Below the pieces are notes generated by a model. It had not been told where the DNA came from. It saw only the letters and a list, made by a program, of their open reading frames with translations, and ran no database searches. Of a DNA stretch of 64,000 nucleotides, positions 1-11,715 are shown one piece after another. The stretch is from Candidatus Levyibacteriota bacterium (GTDB lineage Bacteria > Patescibacteriota > Microgenomatia > Levybacterales > UBA12049): positions 86,874 to 150,873 of the forward strand of contig JACOXU010000002.1 of the NCBI GenBank assembly GCA_016182185.1. The letters are read 5' to 3'. Positions within the stretch are counted from its first letter, which is position 1; every line of letters begins with the position of its first letter. The position numbers and the translations under genes are program-made.

Positions 1-86
1 GAAGCAAATATCGATACGAAGAGAAAAGAGATGATTATTAAGAAAAATGCAGAGAATAATTTAGCCCCGAAGCCTATTTTAATCAC
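1..86 (-). CDS. 5' end of a probable membrane/secreted protein, runs off the window
   Basis: GTG at 86 overlaps the upstream stop (GGTGATTAA); translates to VIKIGFGAKLFSAFFLIIISFLFVSIFA, a hydrophobic N-terminus. Confidence 0.45.
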   Translation of the reverse strand, partial: MIKIGFGAKLFSAFFLIIISFLFVSIFA

Positions 87-246
87 CTAATCCCATATCA
101 TCTATACAACCTTTGGTAATTGTTATTTCGGCAGTTACTCCGCAGCGAGTACATACTATTTCTTTATCATCAATTTTTTTACCACAAATCTTACCGTCAT
201 GGTCATGTCCTGATTTTGTACATATGCATATTGCTATAATTTTCAC
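79..246 (-). CDS. small Cys-rich putative zinc-binding protein (55 aa)
   Basis: Hand translation MKIIAICICTKSGHDHDGKICGKKIDDKEIVCTRCGVTAEITITKGCIDDMGLGD; CxC and CxxC motifs; sits tightly between its neighbours. Confidence 0.55.
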   Translation of the reverse strand: MKIIAICICTKSGHDHDGKICGKKIDDKEIVCTRCGVTAEITITKGCIDDMGLGD

Positions 247-250
247 ATCC

Positions 251-415
251 TTAATGGAGTTTTACATCTGTAATTTCATATTTATCGGTAGAGAGCGTGA
301 ATAGTCTCTCATCTCGATTAAAAGCAAGTTCATAATTAACTAATTTAGCTAACTCTTTCAAAGATCCTACATATTCATCGTTAGATCTATTTTTTATTTT
401 AAATGTAATAGTCAT
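251..415 (-). CDS. small hypothetical protein (54 aa)
   Basis: ORF track 251..439; AAGGAGGT SD at 421-428 supports the start at 415. Confidence 0.6.
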   Translation of the reverse strand: MTITFKIKNRSNDEYVGSLKELAKLVNYELAFNRDERLFTLSTDKYEITDVKLH

Positions 416-486
416 AATCTTACCTCCTTTCATAACCATAAATATATATCAAATCTTGAATTTGTCAAGCATACCTATTTGAGCTA

Positions 487-515
487 TTGACACTTAAATT
501 TTCCTGTGTTAAGAT
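487..515 (+). promoter_or_regulatory. sigma70-type promoter of the tRNA-Ala/23S/5S unit
   Basis: TTGACA-17 bp-TAAGAT upstream of tRNA-Ala. Confidence 0.65.
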
Positions 516-695
516 GAAGATCGTGAACAATTATCATCCCGCTCGGCGGGAGATAAGAGGTAAACGAAAAGATATGACATCAAACAAAATATTTCTTTTG
601 ACCCATTACGGGTTTTTGCTGTCTTCTTAACTTTTCCCTCTTAGTATAATTTTTCAAAGTACTTTAATTTGAATCAAGTGGAATCTTGAGTAGTC

Positions 696-768
696 GGGCC
701 CGAAGTTTACCCGGTTGAACGCCTCGTTTGCAACGAGGAGGCAAGGGGTTCGATTCCCCTCGGGTCCA
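696..768 (+). tRNA. tRNA-Ala(TGC)
   Basis: Cloverleaf with acceptor GGGCCCG/CGGGTCC (G3:U70), anticodon arm CCTCG-TT TGC AA-CGAGG, TTCGATT T-loop; CCA not encoded. Confidence 0.93.
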
Positions 769-1023
769 CAGAGATCATCCCGCCTTGGTGGGATCAGGTC
801 CACAATTGTTATCTGGTGCGTAGCGTCTGCTCCGATTAGATCGCGAGCCGCTACACACCAGATAATAAATGAGTAAAATTTGGCGGTGCGGAGCAATTCG
901 CCCTTTGGGCGAGGCTCTTTTCCACCACATCTTACTTCAAGTTTTTTAGAACTATTCGTTCACGACTTGAAGAGCGATTGTTGGCGGATGCATCGCAATC
1001 CATAGCCCTTTTGGGCGACGGAT

Positions 1024-1047
1024 TGCTCTTTGAAAAGTGAAGAGAAT
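1024..1047 (+). promoter_or_regulatory. rrn boxA and 5' arm of the 23S processing stem
   Basis: TGCTCTTTGAAAAGTGAAGAGAAT; AGTGAAGAGAA pairs with TTCTCTTCACT at ~4250-4260. Confidence 0.65.
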
Positions 1048-1126
1048 CCCCGTTTAATCTGGGGTCACTCTGTTGACAGAGATTTGAACGGGGTAAAAAT
1101 GTTTTAAACCCCGCCTTTGGCGGGGT

Positions 1127-4172
<3,046 letters not shown>

Positions 4173-4386
4173 AACCCTACACATCTTACCATTCGTCTTA
4201 GTTCATTTGAACTGCGACTTATGGAGCGATTGTTGAGGGGCAAAGCATTTTCTCTTCACTTTTGAGCGAGTCGATTGACGAGCGAAACCCGCCATGAATC
4301 GCAGTATGAGGCGTGAATGAATAATTCTGGAAAGCCGAATGCTAAGATGAGGAGGGTCGAGTACTTTAACTTTTGAAGAAAGAAAT

Positions 4387-4502
4387 TCCTTGGTGATTGG
4401 AGCGATGTGGCAACACCTTTTCCCATTCCGAACAGAGAAGTGAAACGCATCAGCGCCCACGATACTATCTTTTTGATGGGACAATGGGTCATTGCCAGGG
4501 GA
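4387..4502 (+). rRNA. rrf: 5S rRNA
   Basis: CCTTGGTG...TGCCAGGG terminal stem; CCCATTCCGAAAC-like loop C (CCCATTCCGAACAGAGAAGTGAAACG). Confidence 0.93.
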
Positions 4503-4569
4503 TTTTTTTCTTCAAAACCCCAAATTCAACTTTATTGCTTTATTCAAATAAGATTGTTACTATTCATTC

Positions 4570-5232
4570 ATGGTCATTTCGCATAGAGGAAAAGGGACTG
4601 GGGAGAAGGAGAATTCGATTGCGGCTTTTGAAAAGGCTCTGAAGATGGGAGCTGGAGGAATCGAATGCGATGCAAGAGTAGCCTTTAATAATCAAGTTGT
4701 AATTACCCACGATAAAGTTTCAAAAAACGAAAAAAATTTGCTTACCCTTCGAGAATTTTTGACATTTGCAAAGAAAACAAAAGCCTCTTTTTTTATTGAG
4801 CTTAAGAATTCTTCTCCAATTTTGGCCGAAAAAATCACAGAAGAAATCCAAAAAGAAAATCTTTGGGACAAAGTCCACTTGATTGGTTTTTCAATTATGA
4901 TTAAATCAGCCTTAAAACTTCAGAATAAATATCCAAAACTCAGAGTTATTCCATTCGTGAACGTTCCAATTCTTTCTTTTATAAAAATTCCATCCAGGAG
5001 CTACGGCCTTTTTTTAGGATGGATAGAGCAGTGGCGGGGAAGCAGGTTCCTATTTCAAAATTTAATAAGACCGGGAATTTTGAAAAAATTAAGACGGCGT
5101 TATGAAGAAAACGGATTCAAAGTTATAGCAGGGGTAATAAACGATAAGAAAGGTTTACAATATTTCAAAAATGCAGGAATTACAGATATCGTAACCGACG
5201 AACTAAAACTCGCCTCAAGAATCCTGAAATAA
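4570..5232 (+). CDS. glycerophosphodiester phosphodiesterase family protein
   Basis: SHRG...ENSIAAF...IECD...THD, FIELK, IVTD motifs. Confidence 0.88.
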   Translation: MVISHRGKGTGEKENSIAAFEKALKMGAGGIECDARVAFNNQVVITHDKVSKNEKNLLTLREFLTFAKKTKASFFIELKNSSPILAEKITEEIQKENLWDKVHLIGFSIMIKSALKLQNKYPKLRVIPFVNVPILSFIKIPSRSYGLFLGWIEQWRGSRFLFQNLIRPGILKKLRRRYEENGFKVIAGVINDKKGLQYFKNAGITDIVTDELKLASRILK

Positions 5233-5237
5233 TTGCG

Positions 5238-6152
5238 CTAAGATGTCTCCCTGTAGTGGTCCATAAGTGCTTTTAGTATTTTATTATATTGGATCATTTC
5301 GGCAAGATTGGCAACGTTACCATCGGAGTTTAAGATTGAATAATCTTCTTCTAAATAATCTATCGTTTCGCCTTCAATCTCAAGCTTTAATGAATACAAT
5401 GGTCCAAGACTTCCTCCAGCGGAGTATCTTGTTGCCCATACAATTATTTTTTTTCCTTTTAATGTGAGGGGTACGCGACTGGATTCATCATACGCATATT
5501 CATTTTTGACTTCCGTACCTTTTTTGGCATCTTCGATTTCAAAAATTTTCCTGAACTGTTCTTCAAGTCTGTCTTGTTCTTTGTATAGTTCTTCCAGATA
5601 ATGTTTGTCCGCTCGAATAATTGCATTGCGTAGGGCTTGGGCAAGCCTTTCCTGATTTGAATTTGCTTGTTTTGATCCTCTAGGTTTTCTTGATTCTGCG
5701 GAATAATAATCATGAAGAGAATTCAAAATTTCCATGTACTCTCGAAACTCTTCATTATTTGCCGATTCTTCGTTCGCATTATGAATATGAGATTCAGTAC
5801 TGCTGAAATAGTCTAATGGTTCGCCCCATGTGCCAATTTTTAAACTTAATTCAGGAGCGTATGGGCCAAATTCGTATTCTTGTCCGGAATATTCGACAGT
5901 ATGCGCGTCTGGAGAATAAGACCATTGCATCCAAACACTTAAGTTCCCGTTATTTGTTTTTATTTTAACAGGGTTGGTTTTTAACACCTGTTTTCCATCT
6001 TCAGCTACAGCAGTCGTTATTCCTTTTATTTCGAAGATTTTTATACAAAGAGGCAAGAACTCTGTTTGTCTTTCTCTACTTCTCTCATCATAGGAAATAG
6101 CTTTATAGTCCGCGACATCTTGGAGCGCCGAGGTAAGTATTTCTTTACTCAT
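5238..6152 (-). CDS. hypothetical protein with a two-fold internal repeat
   Basis: ORF track 5238..6158; TATAAT just upstream favours the ATG near 6152; both halves share IFEI..VW..GP..L.I..DY..N..AN..Y..IL..L.D.Y. Confidence 0.75.
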   Translation of the reverse strand: MSKEILTSALQDVADYKAISYDERSRERQTEFLPLCIKIFEIKGITTAVAEDGKQVLKTNPVKIKTNNGNLSVWMQWSYSPDAHTVEYSGQEYEFGPYAPELSLKIGTWGEPLDYFSSTESHIHNANEESANNEEFREYMEILNSLHDYYSAESRKPRGSKQANSNQERLAQALRNAIIRADKHYLEELYKEQDRLEEQFRKIFEIEDAKKGTEVKNEYAYDESSRVPLTLKGKKIIVWATRYSAGGSLGPLYSLKLEIEGETIDYLEEDYSILNSDGNVANLAEMIQYNKILKALMDHYRETS

Positions 6153-6195
6153 GTCCAAATATTATAGGCTTTATTGTAGGGAAAGTCAAGGAAGA

Positions 6196-6843
6196 TTACT
6201 TATTTTTGTCGATAACAAACCTCTTGATAATAAAATACCCGGTTCCGAGGAAAAATAAAGCTCCTACTGCAATGATCACAGATTTACCAAAGACTGTCCT
6301 GAAAAGCTGTTCGCCAAAATAAAAGATAGCAATATCAGGAAGAGAGGCAAGAAGAGTTGCGAGAAAAAATTTGGGAAAACTTATTCTTGTCAACCCGGCT
6401 GCATAGCTTGAAAAATCCATTACGGGTACTGTAAAAAGCCTTATGGCAAGAATTGCTGCAAATCTTTTTCGTTCTGAAAGCTCGCCTTCAAGTTTGTGTA
6501 ATTTTTTAAGAGGAACGAACTTGGCAACTAATGGTTCTTTGAATCTTCTGGCCAGCCAAAAACTGATTGAAGTGCCAATCAAAATTCCAGTTAGTGTATA
6601 AAGATAGGTTTTGAGCCAGCCAAATACGGGAACTACAGCAAAAGAAACAACCCCTGCCGGAACAGCAGGAACTATAATTCCTATTACTCTCCAAACTATA
6701 AGAAGGACAGGTCCAATAAAAGGATTGTTTTCAATAATTTTTACCAGGTTATCAATATAATTATTTGACAGAATATAGATAATAAAAACTATTAAAATAA
6801 ACGATATTGAAATTGCAAAAATAGGAATATGCGTTTTTCCCAT
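6196..6843 (-). CDS. TVP38/TMEM64 (DedA/VTT) family membrane protein
   Basis: Multi-TM; FG..G...FWLAR, RL..P..D..SYAAGLT..F..FFLAT. Confidence 0.88.
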   Translation of the reverse strand: MGKTHIPIFAISISFILIVFIIYILSNNYIDNLVKIIENNPFIGPVLLIVWRVIGIIVPAVPAGVVSFAVVPVFGWLKTYLYTLTGILIGTSISFWLARRFKEPLVAKFVPLKKLHKLEGELSERKRFAAILAIRLFTVPVMDFSSYAAGLTRISFPKFFLATLLASLPDIAIFYFGEQLFRTVFGKSVIIAVGALFFLGTGYFIIKRFVIDKNK

Positions 6844-7047
6844 AAATTTACTTAATTATATCATTTAATCTAGCGCAGAAATGTATATTTGTATTGACTA
6901 AATCTTTTATAAATAGGTCAATACTATATTTAATGAATAAATTAAATGAACATTCATAAATTCCCCTAAAAGTACTTAAATTCTAATTGTTCTGGTTTTT
7001 ATTTTGTGATAGAATGGTCTTATCTTGAATTAAGGGGGAATAAATGA

Positions 7048-8235
7048 GTGGCAGTCAAAAATCAAAAATCTCAAACATCATCAAGTAAACCTCGGACCCG
7101 TTCGGTAAACACAGGTCATTCGAATCTGAGGGAAGAGCCCTCAGGCTCAGACTCGAAGAGGTCAATAACAATGGCAGAGCTCTTGGCAGCTCAAAAAACT
7201 TCGTTTGTTTCTGTAGCTAAAGGCGCAATTATTCCTGGTGTAATTACTAAGCTTACTCCATCTGAAATTCTGGTGGACATAAATACCAAGGCAGAAGCAG
7301 TTGTTCTTGAAAAGGATAAAAAGATTTTAAATGCGCTTTTATCATCTCTTTCTGTTGGAGACAGGGTAACAGTTCAAATTTTAAATCCGGAATCAGAGAT
7401 GGGTTTTCCGGTTGTTTCTCTTCGCAGATTTTTGGATGATAAGCTTTGGAAAAAAATAATTGAGTATAAAGAAAAAAAAGAAGTTTTGGAGATTACGGTT
7501 AACGATGTAGTAAGGGGAGGTTTTTTGGTTTCAACAAGTGACGGCATATCTGGTTTTCTTCCTAATTCCCAAGTCTCTTTTGCATCGCAAATTCCTGAGG
7601 CAGGAGAAGATTCTAGGAATTTAATTGGCCAAAATTTGAAGGCGATAATACTCGAAACCGACCGCACTAGTCACAAAATTATTTTTTCCCAAAGCCATGC
7701 AATTGAATCAAAAGATTTTGATAGAACAATCAGGAATTTGAAACGTGGGCAAAAAATCGAAGGGATGGTTACCAATGTTTCTCAATTTGGATTATTTATT
7801 TTGGTGCCGGTAGACGAAAATCAAATCGATGGATTTGTCCATATATCTGATGTGTCGTGGAACAAAATCTCAGACCTTGAGTCTATGTATAAAAGTGGAG
7901 ACTCAATTGAAGCTTCGATAACGGGAATAGACAAAGAGGCAAGGAGAATAAATCTTTCCATAAAGGTACTTGAAGAGGATCCATTCAAAAAACAGGTAAG
8001 CGGCTTTTCGGTTGACAAAAAAATTAAAGCTAGAATCGAAAAAATTTCAGCAACTGGATTAGTTTTGGATCTCGGAGATGATATTAAGGGAATAATCAGA
8101 AAAGACAAAATTCCACCCAATGTAAGCTACAGAGAAGGAGAAGAAATTGATGCTGTGGTGTCATTAATAGATGAAGGAAAGCGTCGAATTATTCTCGTAC
8201 CTGCTTTAAAAGAAAAGCCAATCGGATACAGATAA
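7048..8235 (+). CDS. rpsA: ribosomal protein S1 (four S1 domains)
   Basis: S1 repeats incl. GFLPNSQ, FGLFI..DGFVHISDVSW, RINLSIK. Confidence 0.85.
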   Translation: MAVKNQKSQTSSSKPRTRSVNTGHSNLREEPSGSDSKRSITMAELLAAQKTSFVSVAKGAIIPGVITKLTPSEILVDINTKAEAVVLEKDKKILNALLSSLSVGDRVTVQILNPESEMGFPVVSLRRFLDDKLWKKIIEYKEKKEVLEITVNDVVRGGFLVSTSDGISGFLPNSQVSFASQIPEAGEDSRNLIGQNLKAIILETDRTSHKIIFSQSHAIESKDFDRTIRNLKRGQKIEGMVTNVSQFGLFILVPVDENQIDGFVHISDVSWNKISDLESMYKSGDSIEASITGIDKEARRINLSIKVLEEDPFKKQVSGFSVDKKIKARIEKISATGLVLDLGDDIKGIIRKDKIPPNVSYREGEEIDAVVSLIDEGKRRIILVPALKEKPIGYR

Positions 8236-8248
8236 CAATTTAATATTT

Positions 8249-9556
8249 ATGAAATTATCGACCTCATTTGTCTGTCAGGAATGCGGATATGAGTCGCCCA
8301 AATTTTTAGGGAAATGTCCTGAGTGCGGAGAATGGAACAGTCTTCGGGAAATAAAAATTGAAAGCAAAGCTTTAAAAATATCAGGCAGAAAAGAAAGCGC
8401 ATCTGTTAAAAAACTTTCAGAAATTAAACTCGAAGAAAAACAAAGACTTCTGACTGGATTTTCTGAAATGGACGGTGTATTGGGCGGAGGAATAGTTAAG
8501 GGCAGCGTGATTCTTTTGGCCGGAGATCCTGGGATTGGAAAATCAACACTTCTTCTTCAGGTGAGTTTAAATTTAGCCAAGAAAAGTAAAATTTTATATA
8601 TATCCGGTGAAGAATCAGAGGGGCAAATAAAACTTCGAGCAAAAAGAATTACAAAAGAAACGAATCAGGCTGATTTTTTTCTCGTTTCAGAAACTAATAC
8701 GGATTCCATTTCTTCAATTGTGCAGCAACTTGAACCAGCTTTGATAATTGTCGATTCAATACAGACGATGGAATCTGAGAATCTCTCCGGTCTTTCAGGA
8801 AGCGTAGGACAGGTAAGGTATGCCGCTTCTCAGTTTATCAAAATAGCCAAAAATCTGAATATTCCAATTATTATCGTTGGTCATGTGACTAAAGAGGGAA
8901 TGGTGGCAGGACCCATGGTCTTGTCTCATATGGTTGATACTGTTTTGTTTCTTGAAGGGGAGAAATTTACTTCAACCAGAATTTTAAGGAGTCTTAAAAA
9001 TAGATTCGGTCCGGTAGATGAAGTTGGAATCTTTGCAATGGAGGAGAAAGGGTTGGCAGAAGTAAGAAATCCCGAGCAATATTTCTTGGGCAAAAAAGAT
9101 GAAAACTCACCCGGGTCAGTATTGGTAGCCACTCTTGAGGGATCAAGGCCTTTCTTGGTTGAAATACAGGCCCTGGTGGTGTTCTCAAAACTTCCGATGC
9201 CAAGAAGAGTAACGTCTGGGATTGACTACAAGAGACTCGAACTTCTTTTGGCGGTTCTTCAGAAACATTGCCGGCTTCCTTTGGATACCATGGATGTTTT
9301 TGTAAATGTGGCAGGAGGACTAAAATTGGCAGACAGAGCAGCAGATCTTGGAATTTGTCTTGCAATATTTTCAAGCTTCAAGAATATTCCGCTTCCCAAA
9401 ACAGTGGGAATTGCAGAAGTAGGTTTATTGGGCGAGCTTCGAACTGTTCCATTTCTTGAAAAGAGGGTAAAAGAGGCAAAAAAACTCGGATTCAAAAATA
9501 TCTTCAGTAGCAGCGAAAAATCACTTTTGAATGTACTAAATTTTATAAGCAAATAA
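8249..9556 (+). CDS. radA: DNA repair protein RadA/Sms
   Basis: CQECG..GKCPECGEWNS zinc finger, GDPGIGKST, KNRFG motif, Lon-like C-terminus. Confidence 0.97.
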   Translation: MKLSTSFVCQECGYESPKFLGKCPECGEWNSLREIKIESKALKISGRKESASVKKLSEIKLEEKQRLLTGFSEMDGVLGGGIVKGSVILLAGDPGIGKSTLLLQVSLNLAKKSKILYISGEESEGQIKLRAKRITKETNQADFFLVSETNTDSISSIVQQLEPALIIVDSIQTMESENLSGLSGSVGQVRYAASQFIKIAKNLNIPIIIVGHVTKEGMVAGPMVLSHMVDTVLFLEGEKFTSTRILRSLKNRFGPVDEVGIFAMEEKGLAEVRNPEQYFLGKKDENSPGSVLVATLEGSRPFLVEIQALVVFSKLPMPRRVTSGIDYKRLELLLAVLQKHCRLPLDTMDVFVNVAGGLKLADRAADLGICLAIFSSFKNIPLPKTVGIAEVGLLGELRTVPFLEKRVKEAKKLGFKNIFSSSEKSLLNVLNFISK

Positions 9557-9559
9557 AAT

Positions 9560-10333
9560 ATGGCAAAGAAAAAGATTGTTAAAAAGAAAGAAAAAGATAT
9601 AGAAAGACATCTATCTCCTTTTTCCCCGAAGGTTGTTGGTCTTATTGCAGATGAGGTGGCAAAAACAGTAGTAAGACGACTCACTCCATTTAGACGCACA
9701 AAGAAGAGAAAAAAGACCAAAAAGATCGAAAACGCAATGTTTCTCGACACTTCGGCAATAATAGACGGAAGAATATTTGATGTGATAAGTCTTGGTCTTT
9801 TTTATGGAACATTCGTAATTCTTGAAAGCATACTTCTTGAGCTTAAGCATATTGCTGATTCCCAAGATACGGTAAGAAGGGAAAGGGGAAGAAAGGGGCT
9901 CGAACTTTTGGACAAAGCCAAGAAGGCAAAAAAAATAAAATTTGTCATTATGCCGGATGAAAAGAGTGAACTTAAAGAAAGAAATCTCAAAGAGGTTGAT
10001 GAAAGACTTATTCATGCAGCCCGCGTCAATAAGGGGAAAATAATCACCTGTGATTACAATTTGGAGAAAAAAGCAAATATCAGCGGAATCTCTGCTATCA
10101 ATATGAATACTTTAGCTTCCTCGCTTAAAGTTCGTGCGGTCCCAGGAGAAGCCCTTCACATCAAAATTTTGCATACGGGAAAAGAATCAACACAAGGAGT
10201 GGGTTATTTGGATGATGGAACAATGATTGTAGTTGAAAATGCAAGTTCTGAGTTAGGGAAGGCGATAGACGTTCTGGTAGCAAGAGTTATTCAGACGACC
10301 GCTGGAAGAATCTTATTTGCGAAGAAAATTTAA
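9560..10333 (+). CDS. PIN/TRAM domain protein (YacL-like, lacking TM region)
   Basis: LDTSAIIDGRI, QGVGYLDDGTMIVVE, QTTAGRILFA; follows radA. Confidence 0.9.
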   Translation: MAKKKIVKKKEKDIERHLSPFSPKVVGLIADEVAKTVVRRLTPFRRTKKRKKTKKIENAMFLDTSAIIDGRIFDVISLGLFYGTFVILESILLELKHIADSQDTVRRERGRKGLELLDKAKKAKKIKFVIMPDEKSELKERNLKEVDERLIHAARVNKGKIITCDYNLEKKANISGISAINMNTLASSLKVRAVPGEALHIKILHTGKESTQGVGYLDDGTMIVVENASSELGKAIDVLVARVIQTTAGRILFAKKI

Positions 10334-10341
10334 TTTTAGAA

Positions 10342-10373
10342 GAGGTAGGAATCCCTGCCCAAGACTCCTACCT
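10342..10373 (+). terminator. hairpin after the rpsA-radA-PIN/TRAM operon
   Basis: GAGGTAGGA...TCCTACCTC inverted repeat; weak U-tract. Confidence 0.45.
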
Positions 10374-10463
10374 CGTCTAAAATTTGTAAATATACGAATT
10401 TTTTTTCTTAAAATATCAAACTATATCAAGAAAAACTCTAATTTTTAGCTTCATCAATTTTCC

Positions 10464-10609
10464 TTGACAATTTTTTTTATTTTTGATAATAACTTAATAA
10501 GGCAAATAGTTTTATTTCCTGCCTAGGAACTAGTTGCCGTTTTTCGCAAGAGCATTGCTTATCGTACCTGAAATTATCATTGTGTGTAACGAAAGCGATG
10601 CTCTTTTTT
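10464..10609 (+). ncRNA. candidate small RNA with its own promoter and terminator
   Basis: TTGACA...GATAAT at 10464-10490; ends in GAGCATTGCTT...AAGCGATGCTC followed by T6; no obvious ORF. Confidence 0.35.
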
Positions 10610-10617
10610 CGCTATAC

Positions 10618-10764
10618 TTACAAAAGTGCAATTGGTACTGAAAGCCCTCTTTTAAGAAGAGCCTTAAACTGCTCCCTGCCCTGTTTTACGAGCAATTCCT
10701 GTTTGTAATCCATTACCTGCTTATTTACAGTTCTCCTTTTTAATTTTAAAAAATTAAGGCTCAT
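10618..10764 (-). CDS. small basic hypothetical protein (48 aa)
   Basis: MSLNFLKLKRRTVNKQVMDYKQELLVKQGREQFKALLKRGLSVPIALL; TTGACA-18-TAAAAT promoter at 10804-10775. Confidence 0.65.
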   Translation of the reverse strand: MSLNFLKLKRRTVNKQVMDYKQELLVKQGREQFKALLKRGLSVPIALL

Positions 10765-10930
10765 ATCTAAAAGTATTTTATCACACCTTGTCAAGTCCTG
10801 TCAATCCTATAGCCTAAAATAAGACCAAATATTTCTAGTCTCATAGTAAAATATAGATAGATTAGATTGATTTTACAGCCCTTTGTATTTTCCATGGAAA
10901 AATGTGGATAACTTGTTGGAAACTTTATGC

Positions 10931-11713
10931 TTAGAGAGTTCTTATAAAAGGAGCAAAAAATGAACGGAATGGGGAACTGTAGCTATAGAAAGCCTTAGAT
11001 TTAAGAAAAAGTTTGATAAATGAAACAGGATTTTTCCTAAGATCGCTGAAATATGTTCCTGGATGATTTCTGTGATAATGGAGATAGTCATCCAAGTTTA
11101 CCACCTTGCCGTATGGAAGAACCTTAAGAAATACATCGCTATAGATGAAAGTTTTGGACTTGGTATTGAATTTAAGAACATCTTTGGGCAGGAGATTTCT
11201 GTTGATCATGATGGTTTCAAATTGCATGGATACTCCATGAAGAGGAGACTGATATATATCTTGATTGTGTCTTGGGAAATTGCTTTTGCCTATTCTCTTA
11301 TTTCTACCCTCAATAAAAACGCATTGCGTTCCTACCGCGACTACATCGATATTTTTTTCAAGAAAATTTACTTGTTTTTTAATTCTATCCTTAAGACTTA
11401 CATCTTCTGCGTCCATAAAAGCAACAAAGCTTCCTTTTGTGCGTCTTAGGAGTCTATTTAATGTGATCGAGGGACCATATCGTTTGATATTGCGAAGCCC
11501 ACGGATTCTTTTATCTTTTCGTGCAAAAGTACGTAGAATTTTGTATGAACTATCATAAGAATTATCATCAATAGCTATAATTTCAATATTTTTGTGAGTT
11601 TGTCTCAAAAGACTTGATAAACAGTCCGAAAGAAACTCTCCTGAATTATGAATGGGCAAGATAATAGAAACTAATGGCTTATTTTTTGTCATGGATTTAA
11701 GTGCTTGGGGCAA
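10931..11713 (-). CDS. glycosyltransferase family 2
   Basis: PLVSIILP.HN..FL..CL.SLL.QT, IDDNS.D, FMDAED; true start may be 11692. Confidence 0.92.
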   Translation of the reverse strand: MPQALKSMTKNKPLVSIILPIHNSGEFLSDCLSSLLRQTHKNIEIIAIDDNSYDSSYKILRTFARKDKRIRGLRNIKRYGPSITLNRLLRRTKGSFVAFMDAEDVSLKDRIKKQVNFLEKNIDVVAVGTQCVFIEGRNKRIGKSNFPRHNQDIYQSPLHGVSMQFETIMINRNLLPKDVLKFNTKSKTFIYSDVFLKVLPYGKVVNLDDYLHYHRNHPGTYFSDLRKNPVSFIKLFLKSKAFYSYSSPFRSFFAPFIRTL

Positions 11714-11715
11714 TT

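Noticed and set aside
10850-10925. DnaA box TGTGGATAA (10903-10911) with an AT-rich flank as oriC
   Set aside because: Only one perfect box, and no dnaA or dnaN nearby.
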